A stretch of DNA of 64,000 nucleotides, from IMG/VR virus record IMGVR_UViG_3300048589_001057, positions 1 to 64,000 of that record; one strand, 5' to 3'. Shown in pieces: positions 1 through 7,997 of the stretch. The notes below the pieces were generated by a model that was not told the origin of the DNA, did not search any database, and saw only the letters and a program-made list of their open reading frames with translations. Origin of the DNA: a virus. Position 1 is the first letter of the stretch; each line of letters starts with the position of its first letter. A program made the position numbers and the translations under genes.

Positions 1-40
1 ATTAGCACAAATTTTGTTTAATTTTTAACTTTTTTTAATT

Positions 41-208
41 ATGAACAAAAGGATTAAAATTTCCGAAAATTTATTCATTGAACGTAAAAACAACGATATA
101 CGTTCCGATGAGCAAATAAAAAAAGATTGGCTGAAAAATTGCCATAACTCAAAACTAAGTCTTAAAAGTAAGTTACAGAATTTAAAATTCGTAACTGAAA
201 TAATTTAA
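41..208 (+). CDS. small hypothetical protein (55 aa), AT-rich region
   Basis: Manually translated ORF MNKRIKISENLF...FVTEII*. Preceded by the same TTTAATTTTTAACTTT leader as the ORF at 234. Confidence 0.45.
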   Translation: MNKRIKISENLFIERKNNDIRSDEQIKKDWLKNCHNSKLSLKSKLQNLKFVTEII

Positions 209-233
209 TTTTTAACTTTAAAAACTCAAAACC

Positions 234-608
234 ATGAAAGATTCAACGAATGACAAGGAAATTAAAAAAACTTTGATTATCCTAACAAAAGAGCAAATTG
301 CCGATTTAAAAAATGAAAGCGCAGCAGTTTTTAAATCTTCAGATAATTCGGAATATAATTATTCCAAAATTGCTGAAAATTTGCGTACTGTTTGTGATAT
401 TTTGCAAATTAATTTATCCAATGAGTTTGAAAATCAGATTCAAAAGGATAAAAATAATTTCATTACTTGTAAAACTAAACCCCAGCTTTCTAATTATCCA
501 GAATACTCTCGATTAAAAGGGAAGATTCGCAAACAGGTGAGGTTATTCCTTTTCAACAAAAAGATAAGCGATAACAGCAAAAGCTTATTAAAAAAACTTA
601 TCTTCTAA
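234..608 (+). CDS. hypothetical protein
   Basis: 124-aa ORF with an A-rich leader, followed by an inverted repeat. Confidence 0.6.
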   Translation: MKDSTNDKEIKKTLIILTKEQIADLKNESAAVFKSSDNSEYNYSKIAENLRTVCDILQINLSNEFENQIQKDKNNFITCKTKPQLSNYPEYSRLKGKIRKQVRLFLFNKKISDNSKSLLKKLIF

Positions 609-633
609 ATAAGTTGTAAAACAGTTTTTTTTT

Positions 634-670
634 ATATCTTTTTTTAACTGAAAATAAAAAAAGATATTTT
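634..670 (+). terminator. AT-rich inverted repeat, possible terminator
   Basis: 13-bp arms ATATCTTTTTTTA / TAAAAAAAGATAT, then a T-run. Confidence 0.4.
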
Positions 671-701
671 TTATTTACTCACTTTTCAAACACTCAAAAA
701 C

Positions 702-1016
702 ATGGAAACAAATATCGACTTTAACAACAATTTATTATTTGATGTTGTAATTTCTATAAACAATTTAAAATTGTTTGTAAAAAAAGAAAATATGAATAAA
801 GGAATGAAAATTGCTTTATTGAAAGCAATAAATAAAATAAATAAAAGATACGATGCATATTTAGATTGTAACTCAATTCAAACAACAATAGATTTAAAAA
901 GTGAATTATATATTTTAAATTTATTATTGGAAGCGATAAAAAAATATCAAAGTTTCAATATGCCTGAAATATCAAAATTTTCAAATTTACAAAAAGGATT
1001 AAATAATATTTTATAA
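702..1016 (+). CDS. hypothetical protein
   Basis: 104-aa ORF. Leader ACTCAAAAAC resembles that of ORF 234. Confidence 0.6.
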   Translation: METNIDFNNNLLFDVVISINNLKLFVKKENMNKGMKIALLKAINKINKRYDAYLDCNSIQTTIDLKSELYILNLLLEAIKKYQSFNMPEISKFSNLQKGLNNIL

Positions 1017-1061
1017 AATTAAAAAATGTACATATGTCCCCCATGTACATTTTTTAATTTT
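1015..1061. repeat. perfect 19-bp inverted repeat at a compositional boundary
   Basis: AAAATTAAAAAATGTACAT-N9-ATGTACATTTTTTAATTTT. Confidence 0.9.
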
Positions 1062-1111
1062 GCATATTTAGGATACCGACCAAGCATGTCCCAGCCACCA
1101 CTTTTGGGCCC

Positions 1112-1190
1112 AAACCTGTCCCCTTGAGGCCTGAAACCTGTCCCCTTGAGGCCTGAAACCTAAACCAAGAAGACGTAGTGAAGACGTAGT
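1112..1190. repeat. tandem direct repeats (22 bp x2 plus partial; 11 bp x2)
   Basis: AAACCTGTCCCCTTGAGGCCTG at 1112 and 1134, partial at 1156. GAAGACGTAGT at 1169 and 1180. Confidence 0.9.
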
Positions 1191-1297
1191 TAAGCCTCAG
1201 ACTAGAAGTTCCCAACCCCTCTAAACATAAAAAATTTTGGGGAATTTTACCCATATACTTACCAATTCAAGACCCATATTAGCTTGGATCCCACACC

Positions 1298-1319
1298 AAA
1301 AGGCCCCAGTAAAGGGGCC
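1298..1319 (-). terminator. intrinsic terminator of the minus-strand operon
   Basis: GGCCCC-N6-GGGGCC hairpin followed by TTTT on the minus strand, downstream of ORF 1346-1684. Confidence 0.55.
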
Positions 1320-1345
1320 AATTAGCAACCAACATCTTCTATGGT

Positions 1346-1684
1346 TTAAATCATCCTTCTACCTGAAGGTTTAGGTCCGGGCCCTGAAGGATCCCAAAAT
1401 GGCCCATCTAAGGGTATGGGTGCTGACCCATGATTAACCTTGGCTTCAGCTGACTTTACCAGATTATCCCAGACCCCCTGAAAGCCCCCATTCAAGATTT
1501 CCTCAGAGTCCCTACGAGAGATTTCAAAAGCTTCAAGGTTAGCCCTAACCTCATCAATCCGTTCACTTCTAGCCATCATTAGCCTATCCAAAAAACCTGC
1601 TAATACCTGGTTTTGATCATCAAAGCTCATATCCCAAACCATACTTAGCATACTCTCAATCACCTCTAGTTTTCTTTTTTCCAT
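1346..1684 (-). CDS. hypothetical protein
   Basis: 112-aa ORF tightly packed in the operon. Confidence 0.65.
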   Translation of the reverse strand: MEKRKLEVIESMLSMVWDMSFDDQNQVLAGFLDRLMMARSERIDEVRANLEAFEISRRDSEEILNGGFQGVWDNLVKSAEAKVNHGSAPIPLDGPFWDPSGPGPKPSGRRMI

Positions 1685-1687
1685 GGT

Positions 1688-2191
1688 TCAATCCTTTATT
1701 ATGTGGTTGTAAAAATACTTAGTTAACTTAACCTGGGTTTCATATGGATTGTCAAATTTGTTAAACCCCCGGTAGCCAGACATCTGTATGCATCTATTGG
1801 CCAATTCAATACATGAGAACCTTTTGTCATTGTAAATACCCAGCCACCTGAAACCGGCTACCTTAAGGATATGGAATAGGAAGTTGCTGAATTCATAGCC
1901 TTTACCCACTGAGGATTCCAAATAGTTTACCACCTCTTCATAGGCTATGTCATTTAGCAACAGTACCCATTCCCGTACGTATTCATGGCTCTCAACTGAG
2001 TAGGGTCTCCTTACTACCCCTTTACCAATAGCCTCATATTCCATGAGGCTATCCGGTAGCACCACAGACCAGTGGTTGCAACACTTAATAGGGGGTAAGT
2101 GGTTAGCCTTTGCGTAGAGCCACATGAATAATTGAATGGCTCTGGGAAGGAAAGCCTTAGACCTGATCCCCTGAATTACTAACTTTTTCAT
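1688..2191 (-). CDS. permuted papain-like (NlpC/P60, YaeF/YiiX-like) protein
   Basis: His near the N-terminus (NHWSVV), EA..GV, GKGYEF, and Cys near the C-terminus (RFSCIEL). Confidence 0.65.
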   Translation of the reverse strand: MKKLVIQGIRSKAFLPRAIQLFMWLYAKANHLPPIKCCNHWSVVLPDSLMEYEAIGKGVVRRPYSVESHEYVREWVLLLNDIAYEEVVNYLESSVGKGYEFSNFLFHILKVAGFRWLGIYNDKRFSCIELANRCIQMSGYRGFNKFDNPYETQVKLTKYFYNHIIKD

Positions 2192-2208
2192 AATATTGGA
2201 TTTGTTGG

Positions 2209-2421
2209 TTAATTGTCCCTATCTAAAGTAGATCTTTGGTAGCTACTAGGCATACTCAGCTCTTTTTCTAGTAAAGCTTTGTTCTGCTCTATATATAATC
2301 TTAGCTTTCCCATCGGATTTCCTTTTTCTAGAAGCCAAAGTAAGTAATATGCGGGTACTTCCCCTATGGGTTTACCCTTAAATACCCCAAATGGCACTAT
2401 GTAATTATCATCTACTTTCAT
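2209..2421 (-). CDS. DUF3820/QSregVF_b-like small protein
   Basis: PFGVFKGKPIGEVPAYYLLWL motif. Confidence 0.75.
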   Translation of the reverse strand: MKVDDNYIVPFGVFKGKPIGEVPAYYLLWLLEKGNPMGKLRLYIEQNKALLEKELSMPSSYQRSTLDRDN

Positions 2422-2435
2422 GGTATTAAGATTTG

Positions 2436-2571
2436 TGATTGGGCTGGGACTCGAACCCAGACTACTTCAACGGATTGTAATATGCTATACACCAGGGGCC
2501 CCTGGCAGCTAGGTTATGTCATCCTCGGTAATCCCAAAAAGGGACGTGTCTACCAATTCCACCACCCAATC
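2436..2571 (-). ncRNA. tRNA-like RNA (Leu-type D arm, canonical T arm and acceptor stem) with a non-canonical, elongated central region
   Basis: Minus strand: GATTGGG TG GTGGAATTGGTAGACAC G ... CTGGG TTCGAGT CCCAG CCCAATC A. No 5-bp/7-nt anticodon arm and no encoded CCA. Confidence 0.7.
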
Positions 2572-2575
2572 TGGT

Positions 2576-3100
2576 TTATTCTTTAAGGTATTTCCTTACT
2601 CTACCTAAAATATAGGTATTTTTTACTGGGGCACTATCAAAGGGAATCTGGGTTTGAAATGAGTCCCCATGATCTAGGAATAAATTGGTTGGGTCCCCAT
2701 GAACCTCCATAACCTCATCTTTCCATTTATTCAAGGCTATGCTCCATTCGTACATTGCCAAGCCCCATTCATAAAGTTCATTAAGAAGTGATACAGCTTC
2801 CCTTGGATCCTTAGCTTCGGGAGTTTCAACCATGAAAATACCTGATTCCCGGATGAGGTCATATTCTACCCCTTCCACTTCGATCTTAACGCAATCATCC
2901 CCCCTGTAGTGTACGATATCACCAGGGACTACGCGGTCATCAAAATCTTCCCCAACAGCCATTACATAGCCTCTAGTTTGAGGAATATCCTCAGATCCAA
3001 ATGGTAAAAGAATCCCACCTTGGGACATCCTTTCTTGGATGGGCATTAATAAAACCCTATCTTGAAGCAGGGTTATTTTCGGGTATTTGAGTTTTTCCAT
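2576..3100 (-). CDS. groES: co-chaperonin GroES homolog with C-terminal extension
   Basis: LQDRVLL..., SQGGILLP, VMAVG, PGDIVHY, IEVEGVEYDLIRES. Confidence 0.85.
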   Translation of the reverse strand: MEKLKYPKITLLQDRVLLMPIQERMSQGGILLPFGSEDIPQTRGYVMAVGEDFDDRVVPGDIVHYRGDDCVKIEVEGVEYDLIRESGIFMVETPEAKDPREAVSLLNELYEWGLAMYEWSIALNKWKDEVMEVHGDPTNLFLDHGDSFQTQIPFDSAPVKNTYILGRVRKYLKE

Positions 3101-3294
3101 TTTTTAAAAATATTTGGTATTGCCAATAAAATTAAAAAGACAGCGGCTAATGGCCATGCTATAATTGAGAACTTCAGAAACATCCTATCTCGGATTCTCT
3201 CTGCTTCAAAATATCCTACCCCTTTGGCTAAAAACCAAAGATAGGTAGTAAACAATATATAGCCTATGGCTAAAATGATTAGTATTTTGGCCAT
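3073..3294 (-). CDS. small membrane protein (2 TM)
   Basis: Two hydrophobic segments; directly downstream of the amidase. Confidence 0.6.
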   Translation of the reverse strand: MAKILIILAIGYILFTTYLWFLAKGVGYFEAERIRDRMFLKFSIIAWPLAAVFLILLAIPNIFKKWKNSNTRK

Positions 3295-3902
3295 GGGTTT
3301 ATTGATTTATAACAAGTAACAATTTCTCTTGACATCATTTCAATTAATAAATCGAAGTTATCTTGGTATGCCGCTACATCTTGGGGATTAGTTACAAACC
3401 CAATTTCTACAAGGATTGAAGTTCCAACTCCCAATCCACCTAAAAGAGCTAGAATTGGGTGCTGGGATTCATCCTCAGTTTTTACTCCAGGGAAAGCCAA
3501 TTTACCCTTTCTCTTTGGAGTTCCCAATACTTCGCTTACTGTATTAACCATGGCAATACCAAAATTAAGATTAGTATCTGAGTATTTCTTTGGTATAAAT
3601 ACCTCAGTCCCCCGAGCAGATTCCTTATGAAAGGCATTGAAATGGATATCCACTAAAATATCATTTGAGGATAAAATTGTCCGAATATTCTTAGCTACTG
3701 TCCTTAAACTCCAAGTTGGCATATCTCGGAATACTTCATAGGGACTGTATTTTTTTAGCCAATTATATATACCCTGGGCTATCTTTTCTGCCTCAATGGC
3801 CTCATCAATAATGCCAATGGCACCAGTACCTTTGTTGTGGATTATGGAATGCCCAGCTGTTATGATAATCTGAGGGTCATTTTTTAAAAGAGGCTGTCTC
3901 AT
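3279..3902 (-). CDS. N-acetylmuramoyl-L-alanine amidase (Amidase_3), probable endolysin
   Basis: Zn-amidase motifs AGH...E, IHFNA, GTEVF, LVEIGFVTN..D. Confidence 0.9.
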   Translation of the reverse strand: MRQPLLKNDPQIIITAGHSIIHNKGTGAIGIIDEAIEAEKIAQGIYNWLKKYSPYEVFRDMPTWSLRTVAKNIRTILSSNDILVDIHFNAFHKESARGTEVFIPKKYSDTNLNFGIAMVNTVSEVLGTPKRKGKLAFPGVKTEDESQHPILALLGGLGVGTSILVEIGFVTNPQDVAAYQDNFDLLIEMMSREIVTCYKSINPWPKY

Positions 3903-4098
3903 TTCTTTCTGGTTTAGCCCCGGAATAATTTTCCAGGATATTAATAGCTTGGTCGTATTCCTTAATGGATAAAACCAAGTGGTCTATTACTTTACGGTTA
4001 TCCATCTTGGATTTTTCTAGGGTATCTAAGCTAATTTTAAGCTTAGCCCTATTCAATGCTAGGCAATTTAAAACTTCTTGCATAATTAAACGGGCCAA
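3877..4098 (-). CDS. hypothetical protein
   Basis: 73-aa ORF overlapping both neighbours in the operon. Confidence 0.55.
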   Translation of the reverse strand: MARLIMQEVLNCLALNRAKLKISLDTLEKSKMDNRKVIDHLVLSIKEYDQAINILENYSGAKPERNETASFKK

Positions 4099-4622
4099 AT
4101 ATATGGTAAATTAAAATTGTTTGTCCAATTGTTAATCCGGGAGATTTTATCATAGTGCCTGAATATATCTCTTTGTACTCGAGCACTTCCAACCCTTTCA
4201 TTTATTAATAGTTCATGGGATTTTTTTAAAGCTAGATTGGCTTTTCGCATGAGATTAGATTGATGTGCTCTATGAAAATCTTCATTCCCAAACCATGGGG
4301 GATATATCCCATGTTCTAATTGGTAAGCTAATTCACCTGGTGTATAAAATAGGGGCATAGTATTATTGTAACCCCTATCTATCCATTCCAATATAGCCAC
4401 ATCGTGGTAGGCTTTAAGCATAGAAGAATAATCCCTCCACATTTGAGTAGCAGGGTGATTGGCCCAGGGTATTGTAAAAGAGTAGCCATATCTATCCTGA
4501 TAATCCAGTTTTTCAAGGGCATTCAGGATTTGTTTGGCTTCCACTCGTTGTTTACCGAGTCTCATGAAGTCTAGGCATTTCATACTTAAAATAAAATCTG
4601 GGTGAGGTAAGAATGTTTGCAT
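4086..4622 (-). CDS. pyrimidine-dimer DNA glycosylase / endonuclease V-like (MSMEG_6728 family)
   Basis: MQTFLP..DF...LD..RLGKQRVEA.QIL, WANHPA..MW, PPWFG...H..HQSNL. Confidence 0.85.
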   Translation of the reverse strand: MQTFLPHPDFILSMKCLDFMRLGKQRVEAKQILNALEKLDYQDRYGYSFTIPWANHPATQMWRDYSSMLKAYHDVAILEWIDRGYNNTMPLFYTPGELAYQLEHGIYPPWFGNEDFHRAHQSNLMRKANLALKKSHELLINERVGSARVQRDIFRHYDKISRINNWTNNFNLPYIWPV

Positions 4623-4630
4623 ATGGGTAT

Positions 4631-4644
4631 TTATTATTAATAGT
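4631..4644 (-). promoter_or_regulatory. phage promoter-like motif ACTATTAATAATAA
   Basis: Exact copy 8 nt upstream of the ATG at 4622; recurs across the window. Confidence 0.7.
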
Positions 4645-4711
4645 ATCTAGTGTAGAAAAAATCTACAGGGACTATTATATATTATACAAAGTATAATATA
4701 AAAAACCCAAG

Positions 4712-5710
4712 ATGAAGAACAAAAACTTGAAAGTAATAGCCATTTGTGGGGGAAATGGGGTAATTTGCCACCCATTTAAGAAAAACCTAGTCGCAAATAT
4801 AGAGCCAAGACCTATATTTAAGACTCCCATGAATATCCAATGGACATTGAACTTTGGGGAAATACCCCTATTTAACAAGCTAGAGGCATTTATCAAAGAA
4901 TTCTCTACTAAACCCGAAGTGGACTTAGTAGTTGGCGCTCCTGATTGTGGCCATAGTTCTATCCTATCATACTCAAGGTCAAAGAGTTTACATAATCCAA
5001 GGGATAATTCCAGCCTTACCCTATTTCTACAGGCCACTAAGATGTTTGGGCCAAAGGTATTCATTATGGAAAACCTACCTGCAATGCTTAAGTCAATCTC
5101 TCGCAGTGAGTTACGAGAATACTTTGGGGATTACCGATTGAAATTTATAGAACAGCCGGTGACATTCTGGGGGAATTCTCAAAAAACCAGGATCCGTTTA
5201 CTTATTATAGGGGTAAAGAGAGGATCCGGGTATAGTCTGAAAGATCTGATTGGGGGTATTGAGGATTTCACGCCTAAAACAGCTGGGGAGCTATTGGAAG
5301 GGTTAGTATATGGGGAAAATGGACATTTCCGGGAGGACATAAAAACCAGAATTACCCTGTATGCTGGTAAGAAAATGAGTTTAGAGGATATCCGGGATGA
5401 ATGGCTTAGGAGGGGGGTTTCACGTTGGGAAGTTACTGACCGGAGGTTCTTTACAGCCCCTGGGGTATATCTAAATTTAAAAGACCGTCACCCGGCAACA
5501 GCCCGTAAGGCTAACCGCCAATTCAACCATGAGGGATTGACTATGAGCCCCAGGGAATTAGCCAGAATTCAGGGAGTTCCTGATACTTTTCATATATGGA
5601 TGGATGAGTCCCGGATAGGGTATTGCATAAATAAAGGTAGGACTACAGTGACAAAGACTCCCCCGTATGAAATTGGGCAATGGATTGCTAAGAAATTGGA
5701 CATGGATTAA
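4712..5710 (+). CDS. divergent DNA (cytosine-5) methyltransferase
   Basis: Motif I ICGGNG, motif IV GAPDCGHSS, motif VI MENL, motif VIII QKTRIR, motif IX SPRELARIQGVPD. Confidence 0.8.
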   Translation: MKNKNLKVIAICGGNGVICHPFKKNLVANIEPRPIFKTPMNIQWTLNFGEIPLFNKLEAFIKEFSTKPEVDLVVGAPDCGHSSILSYSRSKSLHNPRDNSSLTLFLQATKMFGPKVFIMENLPAMLKSISRSELREYFGDYRLKFIEQPVTFWGNSQKTRIRLLIIGVKRGSGYSLKDLIGGIEDFTPKTAGELLEGLVYGENGHFREDIKTRITLYAGKKMSLEDIRDEWLRRGVSRWEVTDRRFFTAPGVYLNLKDRHPATARKANRQFNHEGLTMSPRELARIQGVPDTFHIWMDESRIGYCINKGRTTVTKTPPYEIGQWIAKKLDMD

Positions 5711-5753
5711 GCTTCCCTCGCGTATGCGTATGCGCGTATAAGAAAACCCATAT

Positions 5754-5796
5754 AGGGGTATATTTTATATACTTAAGTATATATAAAATATCCCCT
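5754..5796. repeat. long AT-rich quasi-palindrome upstream of the packaging operon
   Basis: AGGGGTATATTTTATATACTTAAGTATATATAAAATATCCCCT, with a perfect core TATATACTTAAGTATATA. Confidence 0.7.
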
Positions 5797-5825
5797 CTAT
5801 TATTGAACCTAACTAAGATAAAACC

Positions 5826-6524
5826 ATGAAAAAACTGACATCTATTTTGCTTTGTTTGGGAGTATTAATTCTAGGCTTAGCTATTGGCTACTGGCTTACT
5901 AGGAATGAGGTAGTACCTCCAGAACCTTTGAATGATTATAAGGTAGACACTATATACCTCACTTATCCAGGTATACCCCCACCATTAAATACAAATATTA
6001 AGCCTAAGACACTTATAATCTATTCAGGCTTAGTAGACAGCCTTAAGTTGATAAGAGTTAATGACTCTCTTCAAGCAGTCATTGATTCCATAAAGAAAGA
6101 TACTGTTTTCATAAAGGATAAATTCTTAACCCTATTTCCTCAGTATCCAAAACTTATCTCTATGGATTTAAAACTAGATTCATTAAGCTTAACCCTATTG
6201 GGGATTGATGCCAAATTAAAAGGCTATATCTTTCCTCTTCAGTTAAACCATTACCAATACCGGTGGGGGATTGAGGGATTGTCTGCTTCACCCATCCCAC
6301 CTAAAGGAATACCAAGTAAGTCAAGGATATCTTCAGAATTAATGGGCTATGCCGGATATCAATTCTTTTCTCATGATCCCATAGTTGGCTTAATCCAAAC
6401 TGTAGAGTTTTCAAGAATTTCCTTTAGTGGGGATTTAAGTATGACTATTAGCAATAAACCAAGCCTAGAATTTCAAATAATCGGGGGTATCCCAATAAAA
6501 ACATGGGGCAAAGGCCAGAAATAA
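5826..6524 (+). CDS. membrane-anchored protein, possible spanin-like lysis protein
   Basis: N-terminal TM helix, DTIY/DTVF motifs and beta-rich C-terminus. Function inferred only. Confidence 0.5.
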   Translation: MKKLTSILLCLGVLILGLAIGYWLTRNEVVPPEPLNDYKVDTIYLTYPGIPPPLNTNIKPKTLIIYSGLVDSLKLIRVNDSLQAVIDSIKKDTVFIKDKFLTLFPQYPKLISMDLKLDSLSLTLLGIDAKLKGYIFPLQLNHYQYRWGIEGLSASPIPPKGIPSKSRISSELMGYAGYQFFSHDPIVGLIQTVEFSRISFSGDLSMTISNKPSLEFQIIGGIPIKTWGKGQK

Positions 6525-7996
6525 AGAATTACACTAAAGCGGATTTTGCTATGCTGCAAAAAGCCGCAGTAAACGTGTTCTATTTTGCTTCACTAGCTTT
6601 TATCAGACACCCAGTAAAAGGAAGAGTTAATTTCAAACTCTACCCATACCAGATTAAAGTGTTATGGTATTTCTTAACTCAACGCTTCAACATAGTCCTA
6701 AAATTTAGGCAAGCTGGTTTAACAGAACTTATTGCCTTGTATGTTTTATGGTTCGCTTTATTCCATCCAAACAAGAACATCCAGATTATTTCAATCAAGG
6801 ACCGTGTAGCTAAGAGAGTATTAGGTAGAATCAAATACATATACCGAAATCTTCCACCAATCCTTCAAACTCCAGTGATTAATGGTAGACCCGGGGATTT
6901 AGGTACTAATACTGAAATGGAATTCAGTAATGGTTCTATCATTACTTCCATACCCACCACGGAAGATGCGGGTAGGTCTGAAGCTGTTTCCCTATTGGTA
7001 ATAGATGAAGCTGCCATGGTAAGGTGGGCTACTAAAATCTGGGCAGCTGCCTTCCCAACCCTATCCACAGGGGGTTCTTCAATTATCAACAGTACCCCAT
7101 ATGGAGTTGGTGGATGGTACCATCAAACCTGGGTAGAAGCTCTATCTGGTGGTAATGGATTCAATCCAATTCGTTTAAGGTGGGAGATGCACCCCGAGAG
7201 GGATGACGCATGGTATCAAACCATGCGATCAGTATTAGGGCCAAAAAGAACTGCCCAGGAAATAGATGGTGACTTCTTATCATCTGGAGATTCAGTGTTC
7301 GATCTTCTAGACATCCGAGCTATTGAAGATAGCCTAGATGATTCTACAGTTACAAGAAAACTAAATGGTAATCTTCTTATCTTCAAAGCCGCTCGTAGGA
7401 ATCAAAAATGTTTCATTGGGGCAGACGTTGCCTCAGGAAGATCACGAGATTATTCTAGCTTTAGTATAATGGATAGAACGGGGGATGAATTGGCTTGTTT
7501 TAAGGGTAAAATACCCCCCGATAGGTTTGCCGATCTCCTAATGCATTGGGGGCGGGAGTATAACTACGCTCAAATTGCCCCAGAAGCAAATTCCATTGGT
7601 TTAGCTACTGTTTCTAGAGTGGCTAATGAGGGTTATCCCAATCTATACTACAGTACCTCCATCCTTAAAGAAAAGGGGAAGAGGAAACCCAAAGTAGAAA
7701 AAATCCCCGGTTGGCTTACTACTTCTAAGAATAGGCCTGTAATCATCGATGAATTGGAATCTGATATTCGTAATGATCAAGTAAACATCAAAAACCCATT
7801 TTTCGTATCCGAAGCATATACCTTTATCTATGATGGTGCCAATAGGCCAGTAGCTATGGGAAAAGATAAGAAAAGGGGATCCCAAGATGAAGAACTGGAA
7901 GATGACTCTTTTTCTGATGATGCAATATTTGGAGAATGTATCACTAATTTTACCCGAAAAGGGAAAATCAACACAATAATTATAGCCCCCCAATAA
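6503..7996 (+). CDS. terL: terminase large subunit
   Basis: LYPYQ, KFRQAGLTE (Walker A), LLVIDEAA (Walker B), STPYG, nuclease IGADVASG...DYS...DDA. Confidence 0.95.
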   Translation: MGQRPEIKNYTKADFAMLQKAAVNVFYFASLAFIRHPVKGRVNFKLYPYQIKVLWYFLTQRFNIVLKFRQAGLTELIALYVLWFALFHPNKNIQIISIKDRVAKRVLGRIKYIYRNLPPILQTPVINGRPGDLGTNTEMEFSNGSIITSIPTTEDAGRSEAVSLLVIDEAAMVRWATKIWAAAFPTLSTGGSSIINSTPYGVGGWYHQTWVEALSGGNGFNPIRLRWEMHPERDDAWYQTMRSVLGPKRTAQEIDGDFLSSGDSVFDLLDIRAIEDSLDDSTVTRKLNGNLLIFKAARRNQKCFIGADVASGRSRDYSSFSIMDRTGDELACFKGKIPPDRFADLLMHWGREYNYAQIAPEANSIGLATVSRVANEGYPNLYYSTSILKEKGKRKPKVEKIPGWLTTSKNRPVIIDELESDIRNDQVNIKNPFFVSEAYTFIYDGANRPVAMGKDKKRGSQDEELEDDSFSDDAIFGECITNFTRKGKINTIIIAPQ

Positions 7997-7997
7997 C

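Noticed and set aside
1112-1190. Short direct repeats as a mini-CRISPR, and the 1054-1254 ORF over them
   Set aside because: The repeats are directly adjacent with no spacers; the ORF lies beyond the operon terminator and looks spurious.
2436-2571. Calling this a functional tRNA-Leu or a tmRNA
   Set aside because: No canonical anticodon stem-loop, so no anticodon can be assigned. It is too short for tmRNA and has a full D arm.
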